Positions 1 to 9,637 of a stretch of 64,000 bases of DNA are shown one piece after another. Below the pieces are notes generated by a model. It searched no databases and had not been told where the DNA came from. It saw only the letters and a program-made list of their open reading frames with translations. The DNA lies in contig CBDCOH010000002.1 of the NCBI GenBank assembly GCA_965219685.1, positions 2,208,001 to 2,272,000 on the forward strand, given 5' to 3'. The stretch's first letter is position 1. Each line of letters begins with the position of its first letter. Both the position numbers and the translations under genes were made by a program. This DNA comes from Candidatus Spongiisociaceae bacterium. Its GTDB lineage: Bacteria; Actinomycetota; Acidimicrobiia; Spongiisociales; Spongiisociaceae.

Positions 1-575
1 ACGGCGACCCCATCGGCCGCGAACGACCGGATCGTCTCGAAGAGACGCTCTACCTCCGCCGGTACCAGGACGGCCGTGGGCTCGTCGAGGAGGAGGACAT
101 CGACGCCCCGGAAGAGGGTCTTCAGCAGATCGACCCGTTGCCGCTCGCCCGCCGACAACTCTCCGGCATAGGCTCCCACGCGTACCGAAAGACCGTAGCG
201 CTCCATGAGCGAGCGGACCCTGGCGCGGATCTTGCTGTAGTCCAGGTAATAGGAGAGATCGGGGTCACCGAGGACGATGTTCTCCTCGACGGTCAGCCGG
301 TCCACCAGCCGAGCATGCTGGTGAACCATGCCGACGCCTCTCGCCAGCGCATCAGGCGGGTTCCGGAACTCGACGACCTCTCCGTCGAGCTTCAGGGTTC
401 CTGCATCGGGTCTGTAGAGACCGGAGAGCATGTTGGCCAGCGTCGTCTTCCCCGCGCCGTTCTGGCCGAGCACGGCATGTACTGAATGCCGCGCCAGGAA
501 CAGGTCCACGGAGTCATTGGCGACAACCGATCCGAAGCTCTTGCTCAGCCCGTGAGCCTCAAACATGCCGTTCAC
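1..575 (-). CDS. ABC transporter ATP-binding protein, nucleoside/sugar type (runs off window edge)
   Basis: Minus strand reads MNGMFEAHGLSKSFGSVVANDSVDL...LGQNGAGKTTL (Walker A); paralog of 15925-17460; downstream of a BMP gene. Confidence 0.85.
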   Translation of the reverse strand, partial: MNGMFEAHGLSKSFGSVVANDSVDLFLARHSVHAVLGQNGAGKTTLANMLSGLYRPDAGTLKLDGEVVEFRNPPDALARGVGMVHQHARLVDRLTVEENIVLGDPDLSYYLDYSKIRARVRSLMERYGLSVRVGAYAGELSAGERQRVDLLKTLFRGVDVLLLDEPTAVLVPAEVERLFETIRSFAADGVA

Positions 576-700
576 CGATCCGGACCGACCCTACGGACCC
601 GAGCAAGATCGGACGGTTCTCAGCCATAGCTAACAATCTACATCCGCCTAGCCGAAGTGGCGGGGTTTCAACCCACAAGCGTGTGACGCCTGGGTGGGAG

Positions 701-730
701 AGAGGTCCCCGCCCATGAACGGGGACCTCT
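701..730 (-). terminator. 11-bp stem hairpin between BMP and ATPase genes (terminator or mRNA stabiliser)
   Basis: AGAGGTCCCCG-N8-CGGGGACCTCT perfect inverted repeat. Confidence 0.6.
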
Positions 731-794
731 ACCGACCTCCGCCGGCGGGATCACCGATCGTGCTGATCGGGCGGACCACCACCAGCCTGTCTCG

Positions 795-1946
795 TTACGA
801 TGGGAAGCCCCCGATTACCCCTTCGAGAAGGAAGTCCATACCCAGGAGGAAGCCGAGATCGGCGACCTCGCCATCCGCGAGCACCTGGTTACCGTCCTGG
901 TCATAGAGGGGACCGGTGAACACGTTCAGTTCCCCGCTGGTCATACCTTCTACTGCCGCATCGAGCAGCGCGACCGTCTCGTCAGACAGGAAGTCTGCGT
1001 ACGGGCCCGGGGATAGGAGCCCAGCCCCCAGAGTCAGATAGGTGTTGCCGGCTTCGTAGGTTCCGTCGATCATCTGTTGAGCCACTTCGGCGAAGTAGCC
1101 TCCAAGTTCCAGGAGGGCGCCGGTGAGATAGGCCTCGGGAGCGAACCTCTGTCCGTTGTCATAGATCTCGATCCAGTAGCCACCCCGAGACTGCGCCACC
1201 TCTCCCGCGGTGGTCAACTCGGTTACCTGGGCCACGGCTCTGACGCCCGTGTCGAACAGCGATTCCGCGGCTTGGCCTTCAATGAGCGGGTCGAACCACG
1301 TTCCGGTCCAGACGACCTGGACGGTCGCGTCCGGGTTGATAGACCTGGCCCCCAGCAGCAACCCGTTGATGTCGCGCAGGACCTCGGGGATCGGATACGA
1401 GGCTAGGATGCCGATCTCGTCGGCCTCCACCAGGCTCGCGGCCGCTAAGCCGCCCAGATACATGCCCTGCTCGAAACCACCGTCGTACGATCCGACGTTC
1501 TCGGACAGCAGGAAGAAACCCGGGCCGAGGAACTGGGCTTCAGGATACTTCTCCGCCACTGCGACCACTTGGTCCTGGTAATCGAAAGAAGTCGTGACGA
1601 GCAATGTGAACCCTTGCCTGATGAGATCTTCGAACACCCGTTCTGCTTCGGCTGTCGCGGGTACGGACTCGAGGAAGATCGTCTCCACCGCGTCGCCCAT
1701 GATGTCTTCCAGTTCACGCCGTCCCATGTCGTGCCGGAAGTTCCAGCCATGCTCGCCCACAGGCCCCTGATGCACGAAAGCAACCTTCAATGGCTCCGCA
1801 GCCGGTGCCTCTGTCGTGGCAGGCGCCGCCGCCGTCGTCGTTACCTGGGCAGCTGTGGTGGTCGGCTCGGCTTCCTCACCGCCGCAGGCAACGGCAACCA
1901 AGAGCAGCGCAACCAGGCCGGCAACCAGTCTCATCGATGTCCTCAT
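795..1946 (-). CDS. BMP/PnrA-family ABC substrate-binding lipoprotein
   Basis: Lipobox VAC, TTAAAP linker, KVAFVHQGPVGEHGWN, WFDP motif. Confidence 0.9.
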   Translation of the reverse strand: MRTSMRLVAGLVALLLVAVACGGEEAEPTTTAAQVTTTAAAPATTEAPAAEPLKVAFVHQGPVGEHGWNFRHDMGRRELEDIMGDAVETIFLESVPATAEAERVFEDLIRQGFTLLVTTSFDYQDQVVAVAEKYPEAQFLGPGFFLLSENVGSYDGGFEQGMYLGGLAAASLVEADEIGILASYPIPEVLRDINGLLLGARSINPDATVQVVWTGTWFDPLIEGQAAESLFDTGVRAVAQVTELTTAGEVAQSRGGYWIEIYDNGQRFAPEAYLTGALLELGGYFAEVAQQMIDGTYEAGNTYLTLGAGLLSPGPYADFLSDETVALLDAAVEGMTSGELNVFTGPLYDQDGNQVLADGEVADLGFLLGMDFLLEGVIGGFPS

Positions 1947-2124
1947 ACAAACCTCCGCAAGCCGGGGGAAGGCTGATGTCCTTGTCCCACCAGCCCATCC
2001 GCGGATGCTAGACCGTCCGTTCGTGACCCGGTGACCCTTCTCGCGACGTGGAATCGATCAGCCGGACCTGCAACAACGGGGTGACCCTCGCATTGTCGTG
2101 GCTCTCGGTGATCGCTCGCGCGGG

Positions 2125-2442
2125 TCAAGAACCCCGTGGTTCGAAACTTCGTTTCACGGCTTCTGAAGCCAGTTCGCTCGCCAAGCCAGTCAGCCATTCT
2201 CTGTAGCCATCCTTGTCGAGCATCATCCGGGCCTTGTTCCGGTCGATGGAATCTCGCTTGGCCCTCAGGAAGTCGTCCGTCTCCAAGCCTGGGATTTCCT
2301 CCGCAGCTTCGATCAGGCGGCTGGCGCCTTCGATGAGGCGGAACGAGCCGTAGATGGCCTTCTCATCAAGGCTGAGACGGGCGGAGGTGACCAGGTAAAG
2401 GATGAACTCGAAGAGCGGATCGTCGTGCTTGGCCTCGCTCAC
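2125..2442 (-). CDS. small DUF6092-like protein
   Basis: GTG at 2442 overlaps nitroreductase stop; LFEFILYLVTSARLSLDEKAIYGSFRLIEGASRL. Confidence 0.65.
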   Translation of the reverse strand: MSEAKHDDPLFEFILYLVTSARLSLDEKAIYGSFRLIEGASRLIEAAEEIPGLETDDFLRAKRDSIDRNKARMMLDKDGYREWLTGLASELASEAVKRSFEPRGS

Positions 2443-3011
2443 GGGACGTCGCTCCAATCCTGCCCGTAGCGATCGTGGTGGACGGTGGGGTGGAAACCCT
2501 TGACCGGCTTGGGATGATCGGCCACGGGAATCCCGACCGCCATGAGAACCTCCGGCCTGATGTGGTCCGGAAGGCCGAAGATCGCCTGGACCACCTCCTC
2601 GGTCCAACTGGTCACCTTGCAGACGCCGATCCCGAGCGCGGGAGCGGCGATGGTCACGAAGGCGGCCGCGGCGCCTGCGTCGAGCCGGGTCACGACCTCG
2701 ACTCCGCGCGGTCCCATGACATCGTGGGCCTTCTCGAGATCGCTGCAGATGACGATGATGGCGGGAGCGTTGTTCACGAAGCCCGGGCAGGCCTGTCTCA
2801 CGGTCCACACCAGCCGCGGATCGGTCACGACGATGAGATGGCGGATTCCCGGCCTGGCAACCTGAGCCCTACCGGCCGCGTATACGAGTTTATCGAGCGT
2901 GTCCTGATCCGGAGGATCGGGAAGAAAGACCCGATGCATGCGGCGTCGCCGCATCGCCTCGAACACGGCTTGCGCCAGTATCTTTGCGGAATGGGATCTG
3001 CCCTCGGCCAC
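2439..3011 (-). CDS. nitroreductase-family protein
   Basis: EAMRRRRMHRVF, NAPAIIVIC, DAGAAAAFVTIAAPALGIGVC, LMAVGIP. Confidence 0.85.
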   Translation of the reverse strand: MAEGRSHSAKILAQAVFEAMRRRRMHRVFLPDPPDQDTLDKLVYAAGRAQVARPGIRHLIVVTDPRLVWTVRQACPGFVNNAPAIIVICSDLEKAHDVMGPRGVEVVTRLDAGAAAAFVTIAAPALGIGVCKVTSWTEEVVQAIFGLPDHIRPEVLMAVGIPVADHPKPVKGFHPTVHHDRYGQDWSDVP

Positions 3012-3187
3012 CGTGCGACTGTACTACAGCGGCGTTCGGCCGGTATCCGACCCCCAACCGCCGGAAACGACCTCGACGCAGGCGGCTCGTCCGGCACCCG
3101 GGTCGCACCCCGGGTTCACTTGGGGCAGCCGGACCGACTCCTACCGCCTGATCGTCCCCATCGGTGCGTCAGCCGGCGTGTCGGCCT

Positions 3188-4441
3188 CTACCACCAGCGC
3201 GTGCGAGCAGTACTCCAGGTCTCGAATCCATCTGAGGTAACCAGGCCATTGTCCTCATGAAAGACACCACCGACCCCCTCAGCACCGAGAAAACCCTCGA
3301 GTGCCAGGTACATCCCTGGCTCCAGCACGACGTCCTCGTTCGGCCTCAGCCACGGGCTCTCCCATGTCAGCCCGAGACCGTGTCCGAGGACCGGAGACTC
3401 TTCCTCGCTCAGCGCGAGCGGAGTGCCAGCGGCCGCTTCGGAGAGCCACTGAATCCCCTGCCGGTGGACCTCTCCGGCTGTCATACCTGGCTTCGTCATA
3501 TCCGCAAGATGTTCGACAAGACCAACGCTCGCCTCCAGGACAATCAGCTGCTCGTCTCGTGGATCGCCACCCACGACCGTCGTCCTTCCGAAGTCCCACA
3601 GGTAGCCCCCATAAGCTCCGTAGCAGTCGGCGTGGAACCAATCGCCCGACTCCAGCGGTCGATAGGCGTCGTACGTCGGGAGCCGTGACCATAGGAAATG
3701 ATGTGCCAGGCGGCCGGATGTCGTGGGCATGTCGTACATGACGGCCCCCGACCCCACGATCACGTCCGCGGCGGCGCGTACCGCGTCAACTTCCCGGTTT
3801 CCCTCTTGGACCGCAGCCATCATCGCGTCCACGGCGCGGCTGCCGATATGCGCTCCCCGACGGAGGATCTCCAGTTCGGCGGGACTCTTGACCCGCCGAA
3901 GTTCCTCGATGAGCATGTCCGCCACGACAAGGGTGGTCTTGCCGGCGACGTGCCGCTGCAACCCGAGGTACGCCGCCGCGGACATGAAGCTCGTGCCGAC
4001 CAGGCCGACCCTGTTGTCCACCAGCCCGCTGTCGCGTAACGCCTTCCCGACCTCGGAATTGATGTCGCTCGCCGCGCGCACGTCATCAGCGACCACAAGG
4101 TCGGGTCTCCACCACGGTCCGTCGACGATGAGAATCGCCGGCCCATCGACCGGAAGCACCGTGACAGCATGGGAACGAGCCGTTCCGAGTTCCTGGTGGT
4201 CGCCGAAGTAGGGATGCGGGGAGTAGTGGTTGGTCAGGTAGAAGACCTCGGGGTGCATGTCCACCGCACTGCCGCCCCTCGAGTAGACAACGAGCGCGTC
4301 GAGCGAGGCCGCTGCCGCCTTGGCACGAGCGGAGTCCTGGCGCTGGAGAAACTCCTCCCTCGGGACAAGGATCTCCGGTCTCTCGAACGCGACCGAGTCT
4401 GTGTCAGACGTGAACCCGAGACCGATGTCACCAACGGTCAT
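3188..4441 (-). CDS. M24 (Xaa-Pro peptidase/creatinase-like) hydrolase
   Basis: RRVKSPAELE, DCYGAYGGYLWDFGRT, GHGLGL, ALEG, HEDN; GAGGG before ATG 4441. Confidence 0.85.
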   Translation of the reverse strand: MTVGDIGLGFTSDTDSVAFERPEILVPREEFLQRQDSARAKAAAASLDALVVYSRGGSAVDMHPEVFYLTNHYSPHPYFGDHQELGTARSHAVTVLPVDGPAILIVDGPWWRPDLVVADDVRAASDINSEVGKALRDSGLVDNRVGLVGTSFMSAAAYLGLQRHVAGKTTLVVADMLIEELRRVKSPAELEILRRGAHIGSRAVDAMMAAVQEGNREVDAVRAAADVIVGSGAVMYDMPTTSGRLAHHFLWSRLPTYDAYRPLESGDWFHADCYGAYGGYLWDFGRTTVVGGDPRDEQLIVLEASVGLVEHLADMTKPGMTAGEVHRQGIQWLSEAAAGTPLALSEEESPVLGHGLGLTWESPWLRPNEDVVLEPGMYLALEGFLGAEGVGGVFHEDNGLVTSDGFETWSTARTRWW

Positions 4442-4494
4442 TGCCCTCACCCGAGGGAGACCAGAGAACCCTTGCGATACAAGATCCTCGCTCT

Positions 4495-4544
4495 GTGCCG
4501 GGGGTAGGGTTTGAATCTACGACGCTCGGGAAAAGAGCCCGACG
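4495..4544 (-). pseudogene. degenerate partial copy of tRNA-fMet (anticodon arm to 3' acceptor strand)
   Basis: 41/50 identity by eye to 4952-5001; anticodon loop changed from CTCATAA to CTCTTTT. Confidence 0.7.
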
Positions 4545-4554
4545 GGGCCTCCGA

Positions 4555-4668
4555 GTCACGATGCCGGGGCTGTTGTTCACGAAACGGCGGCTCCCACCGC
4601 TTCGAACATGCCCCGGGCTCATGGTGCTGTCGATCTGGCCCTCTGCCACCGGGCGACTCTACTACAGC
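4555..4668 (-). pseudogene. internally deleted remnant of a nitroreductase paralog with its upstream region
   Basis: 4639-4668 matches 3001-3030 at 27/30; peptide MAEG...FVNNSPGIV vs MAEG...FVNNAPAII. Confidence 0.65.
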
Positions 4669-4916
4669 ACTTCCGAGGGCCGGGTCGGTAGCAGGAACAG
4701 CAGACCCTCTGGATCGGCGACCGGAGAACACGGAGATGGAGAAAGATGCCACCGGTCGCCGTATCCATGCCATAGCCTTGTTCAGGCCACACTAAAATGA
4801 TAACAGTTCTCATTTAACTGTGCCAGATGTGTGCCGCTGAGTTCGGCCAGCACACTGCTTGCGGCCGGATGGCTCGGAACTACTCACTTAGATGACGGCC
4901 GAGAGGTCGAAACGAG

Positions 4917-4945
4917 CAAGACCCAGGCGCTGCGCCCGGGTCTTG
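4917..4945 (-). terminator. hairpin terminator downstream of tRNA
   Basis: CAAGACCCAGGCGC-T-GCGCCCGGGTCTTG inverted repeat directly after the tRNA 3' end. Confidence 0.7.
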
Positions 4946-4950
4946 TGTTA

Positions 4951-5027
<77 letters not shown>

Positions 5028-5092
5028 TCGTTCGGACCACTTAGTTTAAACCACCAGAGCTTCCTAAGCCAATGCGTACGGCGGGAAGTCCC

Positions 5093-5767
5093 TCAGCCGA
5101 TCAGCGGTAGTCGCGGGTCCGGATGGTCGGAACGGCCTGACGCTGCCCGTATCCAGGCCCAGTCGTCCTCCTGCAGGTCGCTGGGACGGCCCGGCACCGT
5201 TCGCTGAGCCAGGACACCATCCAGGATGCCCGCGGTCACTGCGATCCCTTCGCGTGTTGCGATGGGCTCGATCCCCAGTGCGTCAGTCAGATCGATGCCG
5301 TGTGCTACCGCCTCCACCATGCGGCTCGCCACGAACTCGTCGAGTTGCATCAGCGCGTAGTAGCCCGATCCGATCGTCTCCGGCGGCGTTGCACGAGCCT
5401 CTTCGATCGTCTTGGAAAAGGTCTCGTCGAGAACTCCAACGATGTCCTGCGGGGTCTTCCCCTCGATCATCACGTACGCGTAGTCATACACGACGGGCGC
5501 CACCTCGGAACGCGGGAAGATGAAGAAGCTGATCCGGTCACGACCGACCTGGCCCTCTTGGGGATCCGCTAAGAGCATCCGCGTCAGCCCGATCGAAATG
5601 TCGAAGTGGCCGGCGAGTTCGAACACCGTCCACGGCGTGGCGTCCTCATCGAAGGGAACCAGGTGCGTCGGCATCTGCCACTGTTCATCGGTCAGATCCC
5701 GTAACACGTCCAAAATCCCGTTGAGTTCGCCATCGAGAATGTCCACCATCTCCATATGTGAAACCAT
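5093..5767 (-). CDS. mycothiol-dependent maleylpyruvate isomerase / DinB-superfamily protein
   Basis: LTDEQWQMPT...WTVFELAGH and RMVEAVAHGIDL metal-binding motifs. Confidence 0.8.
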   Translation of the reverse strand: MVSHMEMVDILDGELNGILDVLRDLTDEQWQMPTHLVPFDEDATPWTVFELAGHFDISIGLTRMLLADPQEGQVGRDRISFFIFPRSEVAPVVYDYAYVMIEGKTPQDIVGVLDETFSKTIEEARATPPETIGSGYYALMQLDEFVASRMVEAVAHGIDLTDALGIEPIATREGIAVTAGILDGVLAQRTVPGRPSDLQEDDWAWIRAASGRSDHPDPRLPLIG

Positions 5768-5892
5768 TTGACTCTCCTTACCCGATGGGCCTCCGTTGCC
5801 CTCCTATCAATCTACCGCTTCCGCTACTTCTGGAGCAGGCTAGATCCGGTATCTCACCGGTGGCAGCCTCCCGGGGAATGCTCCGTAGGCAC

Positions 5893-7119
5893 TCATAGAA
5901 CGGCCGCAAGCCGGAGTGCCTCGTCGAAGGAGGCATCGTTCAGCAGCAGCCGGCGCATCTTCATCAAGGGCCCCATCATGTCGATTGCGAAGGCGCCGCC
6001 CAGCCGGTCTCCCCGCCGGTACAGAGCCATCAGGGCGGGCCCGTCCTCTGCGTCGTGGACGAACACCACCTCGTCCCCGGATGCCAGGCCCACCAGTTGC
6101 AGGCGGTGTCCGTACTGGTCGGACCAGAAGTACGGGATCCCCGAGTAGGCAACAGGGGCGTCGCCGGCGAAGGTGTTGATGATGTTGCGGGCCACCGTGG
6201 TGGACTGCTCCACGGTGTTGGTCCAGTGCTCCACCCTCATGCGCTGCCCGAACCGGGGGTTGTGCCAGGAGGCAAGGTCGCCTAGGGCGTACACACCCGG
6301 GAGGGAGGTCCGCATGTGTCGGTCGCAGATCACCGCCCGGTCGGTAGCCATCCCGGAACCGTCGAGCCACTCGATGTTGGGGATCACCCCGATGCCCACC
6401 ACCACGACATCGCAGGAGACCGCGGACGCGTCCGATAGGTGCACGGCCAATCCGCCGGGTGCTTGGTCCACGCCCACGACGCCGACACCGCAGCGCAGTT
6501 CTGTTCCGTAGGCGCCGTGTAGCGCGGCGCAGCGCTCCCCTACCTCGGCGCCCACCGCCATGACCAAGGGTTGCTCGGCCGCCTCGATGATGGTCACGTC
6601 GATCCCCCTGCTGCGGGCGCTGGCCGCCACCTCGCTGCCGATGAACCCCGCCCCGACCACCACCAGATGGCCCGCATCGTCAAGGGCCGACCGGATCGCG
6701 GTCGAATCGTCGAGCGTGCGCATCACGTTGACTCCGGGCACCGTTTCCATCCCGGGAATCTGTCGGGGACGGGCACCTGTGGCTATCACCGCCGCCTCGT
6801 ATTCCAGCCGCTCACCGGTGGCCAGCGTGATGCTCCGGGAGTCGCCGTCGAGAGAGACAGCCGGCGAGCCGAGCCTCAACTCGATCCCTTGCTCCTCGAA
6901 GAAGTCGGCAGTCCGGAATATGGCGTCATCCGGTTGTTTCTCGCCGGTGAGTACCTCCTTCGAGAGCGGAGGCCGGTCGTAGGGGAGGTGTGCTTCGTCA
7001 CCCGCCAGCGTGATCCGCCCTTCGAAGCCGAGCCTGCGGAGCGCGGAGGCCGTACGCAGTCCGCCCAGCGACGCACCGACGATTACGACCGATGGAGAGT
7101 CGGGACCGGGAACTTTCAC
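5893..7119 (-). CDS. FAD-dependent ferredoxin reductase (glutathione-reductase type)
   Basis: VIVGASLGG, PYDRPPLSK, IATGARP, VVGAGFIGSE, PYFWSDQY; GTG overlaps Rieske stop. Confidence 0.9.
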   Translation of the reverse strand: MKVPGPDSPSVVIVGASLGGLRTASALRRLGFEGRITLAGDEAHLPYDRPPLSKEVLTGEKQPDDAIFRTADFFEEQGIELRLGSPAVSLDGDSRSITLATGERLEYEAAVIATGARPRQIPGMETVPGVNVMRTLDDSTAIRSALDDAGHLVVVGAGFIGSEVAASARSRGIDVTIIEAAEQPLVMAVGAEVGERCAALHGAYGTELRCGVGVVGVDQAPGGLAVHLSDASAVSCDVVVVGIGVIPNIEWLDGSGMATDRAVICDRHMRTSLPGVYALGDLASWHNPRFGQRMRVEHWTNTVEQSTTVARNIINTFAGDAPVAYSGIPYFWSDQYGHRLQLVGLASGDEVVFVHDAEDGPALMALYRRGDRLGGAFAIDMMGPLMKMRRLLLNDASFDEALRLAAVL

Positions 7120-8168
7120 CCGGTGGGAGCGAGCTCGATCTTGCCGTCCGCGAACTCCAGGAGCCAGCGACGGTAAAGGACCGTGCCGAGGTCGGCTGCC
7201 TTGACGTGCATCTCGGCGGTCAGCTCCACGGGGAGCTCCTCGGGCCGTTGTGACTCGACCACCGGCCTGTCCTGGGCGAGGATCACGTGCTGCATCCGGA
7301 TGAAGTCCTCGTCCCGTTCGAAGGCGTAGTCCCTTGCCACGAAGGTGAAACACCGGGTCCGCTTGCGGCTCACCGGCGCCACCGCGACGAACAGGATGAA
7401 GGTCTCGTTGGGGCCCGCCGAACTGTCCAGCCACATGGCGTTGGGCATGAAGACCCTGTACCGCTTCCAAGCCTCATAGGTCTGACCCTCGTCGGAGACC
7501 ATCGAGTTTTTCGGGTTGTCGGTGTATTCGAGGAAGGGGCCTGCGTTGATGCGGATCTCTCCCCCTTGGCGCACGGCCTCGTAATCAGCGATGACGGCGT
7601 TGTCCCTGTCACCGAGAATTCCGTGATGGACGTGGGCGAAGTGGGAGAAGTCGAAGTAGTTCTCGAGCCGCCTCCCTACCGAGCAGTTCCACTCGTAGGG
7701 TTCCCAGCGCAGGATCCGGAATCCGGGATCGTCGAGTTCGGGCAGCACGGCCGGAGGGAAGACGGGGGGTTCATCGGCGAGGCAGGTCCACACCAGGCCG
7801 CCCGACTCGATAGCCGGGTACACCGGAAGCTGGGCCTTCAGCTTCCCGTTGAGTTCCGGACGGGCCGGAATGTCCACGACTGTGCCCTCCTTGTCGTAGG
7901 CCCACCCGTGGTAGGCGCAGCGCAGCCAGCAACCGTCGATCCGGCCCAGCGACAGCGCCGAGCCCCGGTGGCGGCAGATGTCGTCGAACACGTATGGCTT
8001 GCCGTCGAGCCGGGCCACAGCCAGGCGCGTGTCGAAAAGGGTCACCTGGTGGGGTTTGTCGTTCAGGTCCTCGGAGAAGGCCACCGGTTGCCAGAACCTG
8101 CGCAACTGTTCGTAGAGGCGCTCCTCGCCGGCTACGTCGAGTTGGGTGGTCCCTTGCCGCATCCTCAC
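7116..8168 (-). CDS. Rieske non-heme iron oxygenase alpha subunit, NdmA/VanA-like
   Basis: CRHRG...CAYHGW; RRLENYFDFSHFAHVH; DRPVVESQRP; YRRWL. Confidence 0.9.
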   Translation of the reverse strand: MRMRQGTTQLDVAGEERLYEQLRRFWQPVAFSEDLNDKPHQVTLFDTRLAVARLDGKPYVFDDICRHRGSALSLGRIDGCWLRCAYHGWAYDKEGTVVDIPARPELNGKLKAQLPVYPAIESGGLVWTCLADEPPVFPPAVLPELDDPGFRILRWEPYEWNCSVGRRLENYFDFSHFAHVHHGILGDRDNAVIADYEAVRQGGEIRINAGPFLEYTDNPKNSMVSDEGQTYEAWKRYRVFMPNAMWLDSSAGPNETFILFVAVAPVSRKRTRCFTFVARDYAFERDEDFIRMQHVILAQDRPVVESQRPEELPVELTAEMHVKAADLGTVLYRRWLLEFADGKIELAPTG

Positions 8169-8221
8169 CTCCCCGTCGGGTATCGGTTACCGAACGTACG
8201 CGGCGCCGTGATGAACACGGC

Positions 8222-8422
8222 TCACGCGGTGTGGACGCTTATGGCCTCCACCGGGCAACACACTTCGGCGCTGAGCGCATCGTCGAGGAGTTCGTCGGGA
8301 ACATCCGGCTGGAGCACGATGATCTCCTCGTTGTCGTCGGAGACCTGGAACAGGTCCGGCGCCACCGACGCGCACATTCCGGACACTATGCATGTTGCAT
8401 GGTCGAGTTCGATTGTCGCCAC
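8222..8422 (-). CDS. small ferredoxin, [3Fe-4S] type
   Basis: CIVSGMCASVAP...CCPVEAI; GGAGGA RBS before GTG 8422. Confidence 0.85.
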   Translation of the reverse strand: MATIELDHATCIVSGMCASVAPDLFQVSDDNEEIIVLQPDVPDELLDDALSAEVCCPVEAISVHTA

Positions 8423-8503
8423 GCCGACTCCTCCGCTAGTTCGGCAGCCTTCACGCCGAACTATAGCCCCCATCAATGATGATCATCGGGCCAAGTCCAC
8501 AGA

Positions 8504-8523
8504 ATATGTCTCTAGTCAATATT
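8504..8523. promoter_or_regulatory. candidate operator of the catabolic regulon (copy 1)
   Basis: ATATGTCTCTAGTCAATATT, 14/20 to the copy at 24193. Confidence 0.4.
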
Positions 8524-8563
8524 ATCGGCGAACCCGGAACCTCCGCCCGGCGACCCTCGATGC

Positions 8564-9616
8564 CTAGCCGCTCGCCAATTCGACCTTCCCGTTGGCGATC
8601 TCGAGCAGCCAGCGCCGGTACTCCAGCGTCCCCAGGTCGGCGCCCTTAACGTGCATCTCGGCGGCGAGATCGGCCGGCAACTCCTCGGGGCGCTGGGACT
8701 CGACGATGGGGCGGTCCTGGTCGGTGACCATCTGGGCGAAGGCCTTGAAGTCGGCGTCGCTGCCCGGGTAGTTGCGTCCAACGTAGGTGAATGCCCGCGT
8801 CCGCTTGCGGTTCACCGGCGCAGCGGCCACCCACAGCACGTAGTCCTCGACCGGCCCGGCATCGCTGTTGAGCTTCATTGCGTTGGGCAGGAAGACGCGG
8901 TAGCGCTTCATGGCATCGTAGGTCTCCCCCGAACCGGACTCCGGGTTGTTCTTGACGTTGTCGGTGAACTCGACGAAGGGGCCGGCGACGAACCGCAACT
9001 CTCCCCCCACCTTCTCCACGTCGTAGTCCTCGATGCGGGGTTGGCTGCTGTCGCCGAGGATGCCGTCGTGTACCCAGGCGAAGTGGGAGAAGTCGAAGTA
9101 GTTCTCCAGGCGGCGGGGCAGCGAACAGTCCCATTCGTAGATGTCCAGGTGGACGAACCTGTAGCTCGGATCGTCGAACTCGGGAATGGACGGCACCGGG
9201 AACTTGGGATCGCCGAGGGTCGTGTAGATGAGCCCGGACACCTCGACCGTCGGGAAGGAGGGCACCCGCACGTTGCGGAAGGCGGGCGAGAGTTCCTCCC
9301 GCGCCGGGACCCGGGTGACCCGGCCCTCCGCGTCGTAGGTCCAGCCGTGGTACGAGCAGCGGAGCTCGCAGCCGTCGATCACCTTCCCCAGCGAGAGGGC
9401 CGCTCCCCGGTGGCGGCAGAGATCCTCGAAGACGCGGGGAGCGCCGTCCAGTCGCACCACCACCAGTTGCTCCTCGAACAGGGTGAAGGCCTGGGGTTCG
9501 TCCTTGAGTTCGTCCGAGTAGGCGATGGGAAACCAGAAGTTCGCCCGCATCTGGTCGTAGAGCCGGTCCTCGGCTGCAACGTCGAGGAAGTCGCTGGTTG
9601 CGTGTCGGGTGGTCAC
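8564..9616 (-). CDS. Rieske oxygenase alpha subunit, NdmA/VanA-like
   Basis: CRHRG...CSYHGW; RRLENYFDFSHFAWVH; DRPIVESQRP. Confidence 0.9.
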   Translation of the reverse strand: MTTRHATSDFLDVAAEDRLYDQMRANFWFPIAYSDELKDEPQAFTLFEEQLVVVRLDGAPRVFEDLCRHRGAALSLGKVIDGCELRCSYHGWTYDAEGRVTRVPAREELSPAFRNVRVPSFPTVEVSGLIYTTLGDPKFPVPSIPEFDDPSYRFVHLDIYEWDCSLPRRLENYFDFSHFAWVHDGILGDSSQPRIEDYDVEKVGGELRFVAGPFVEFTDNVKNNPESGSGETYDAMKRYRVFLPNAMKLNSDAGPVEDYVLWVAAAPVNRKRTRAFTYVGRNYPGSDADFKAFAQMVTDQDRPIVESQRPEELPADLAAEMHVKGADLGTLEYRRWLLEIANGKVELASG

Positions 9617-9637
9617 GCTTCGCCTCCTAAAGATCGC

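Noticed and set aside
1947-2124. Purine riboswitch upstream of the BMP gene
   Set aside because: No recognisable aptamer consensus
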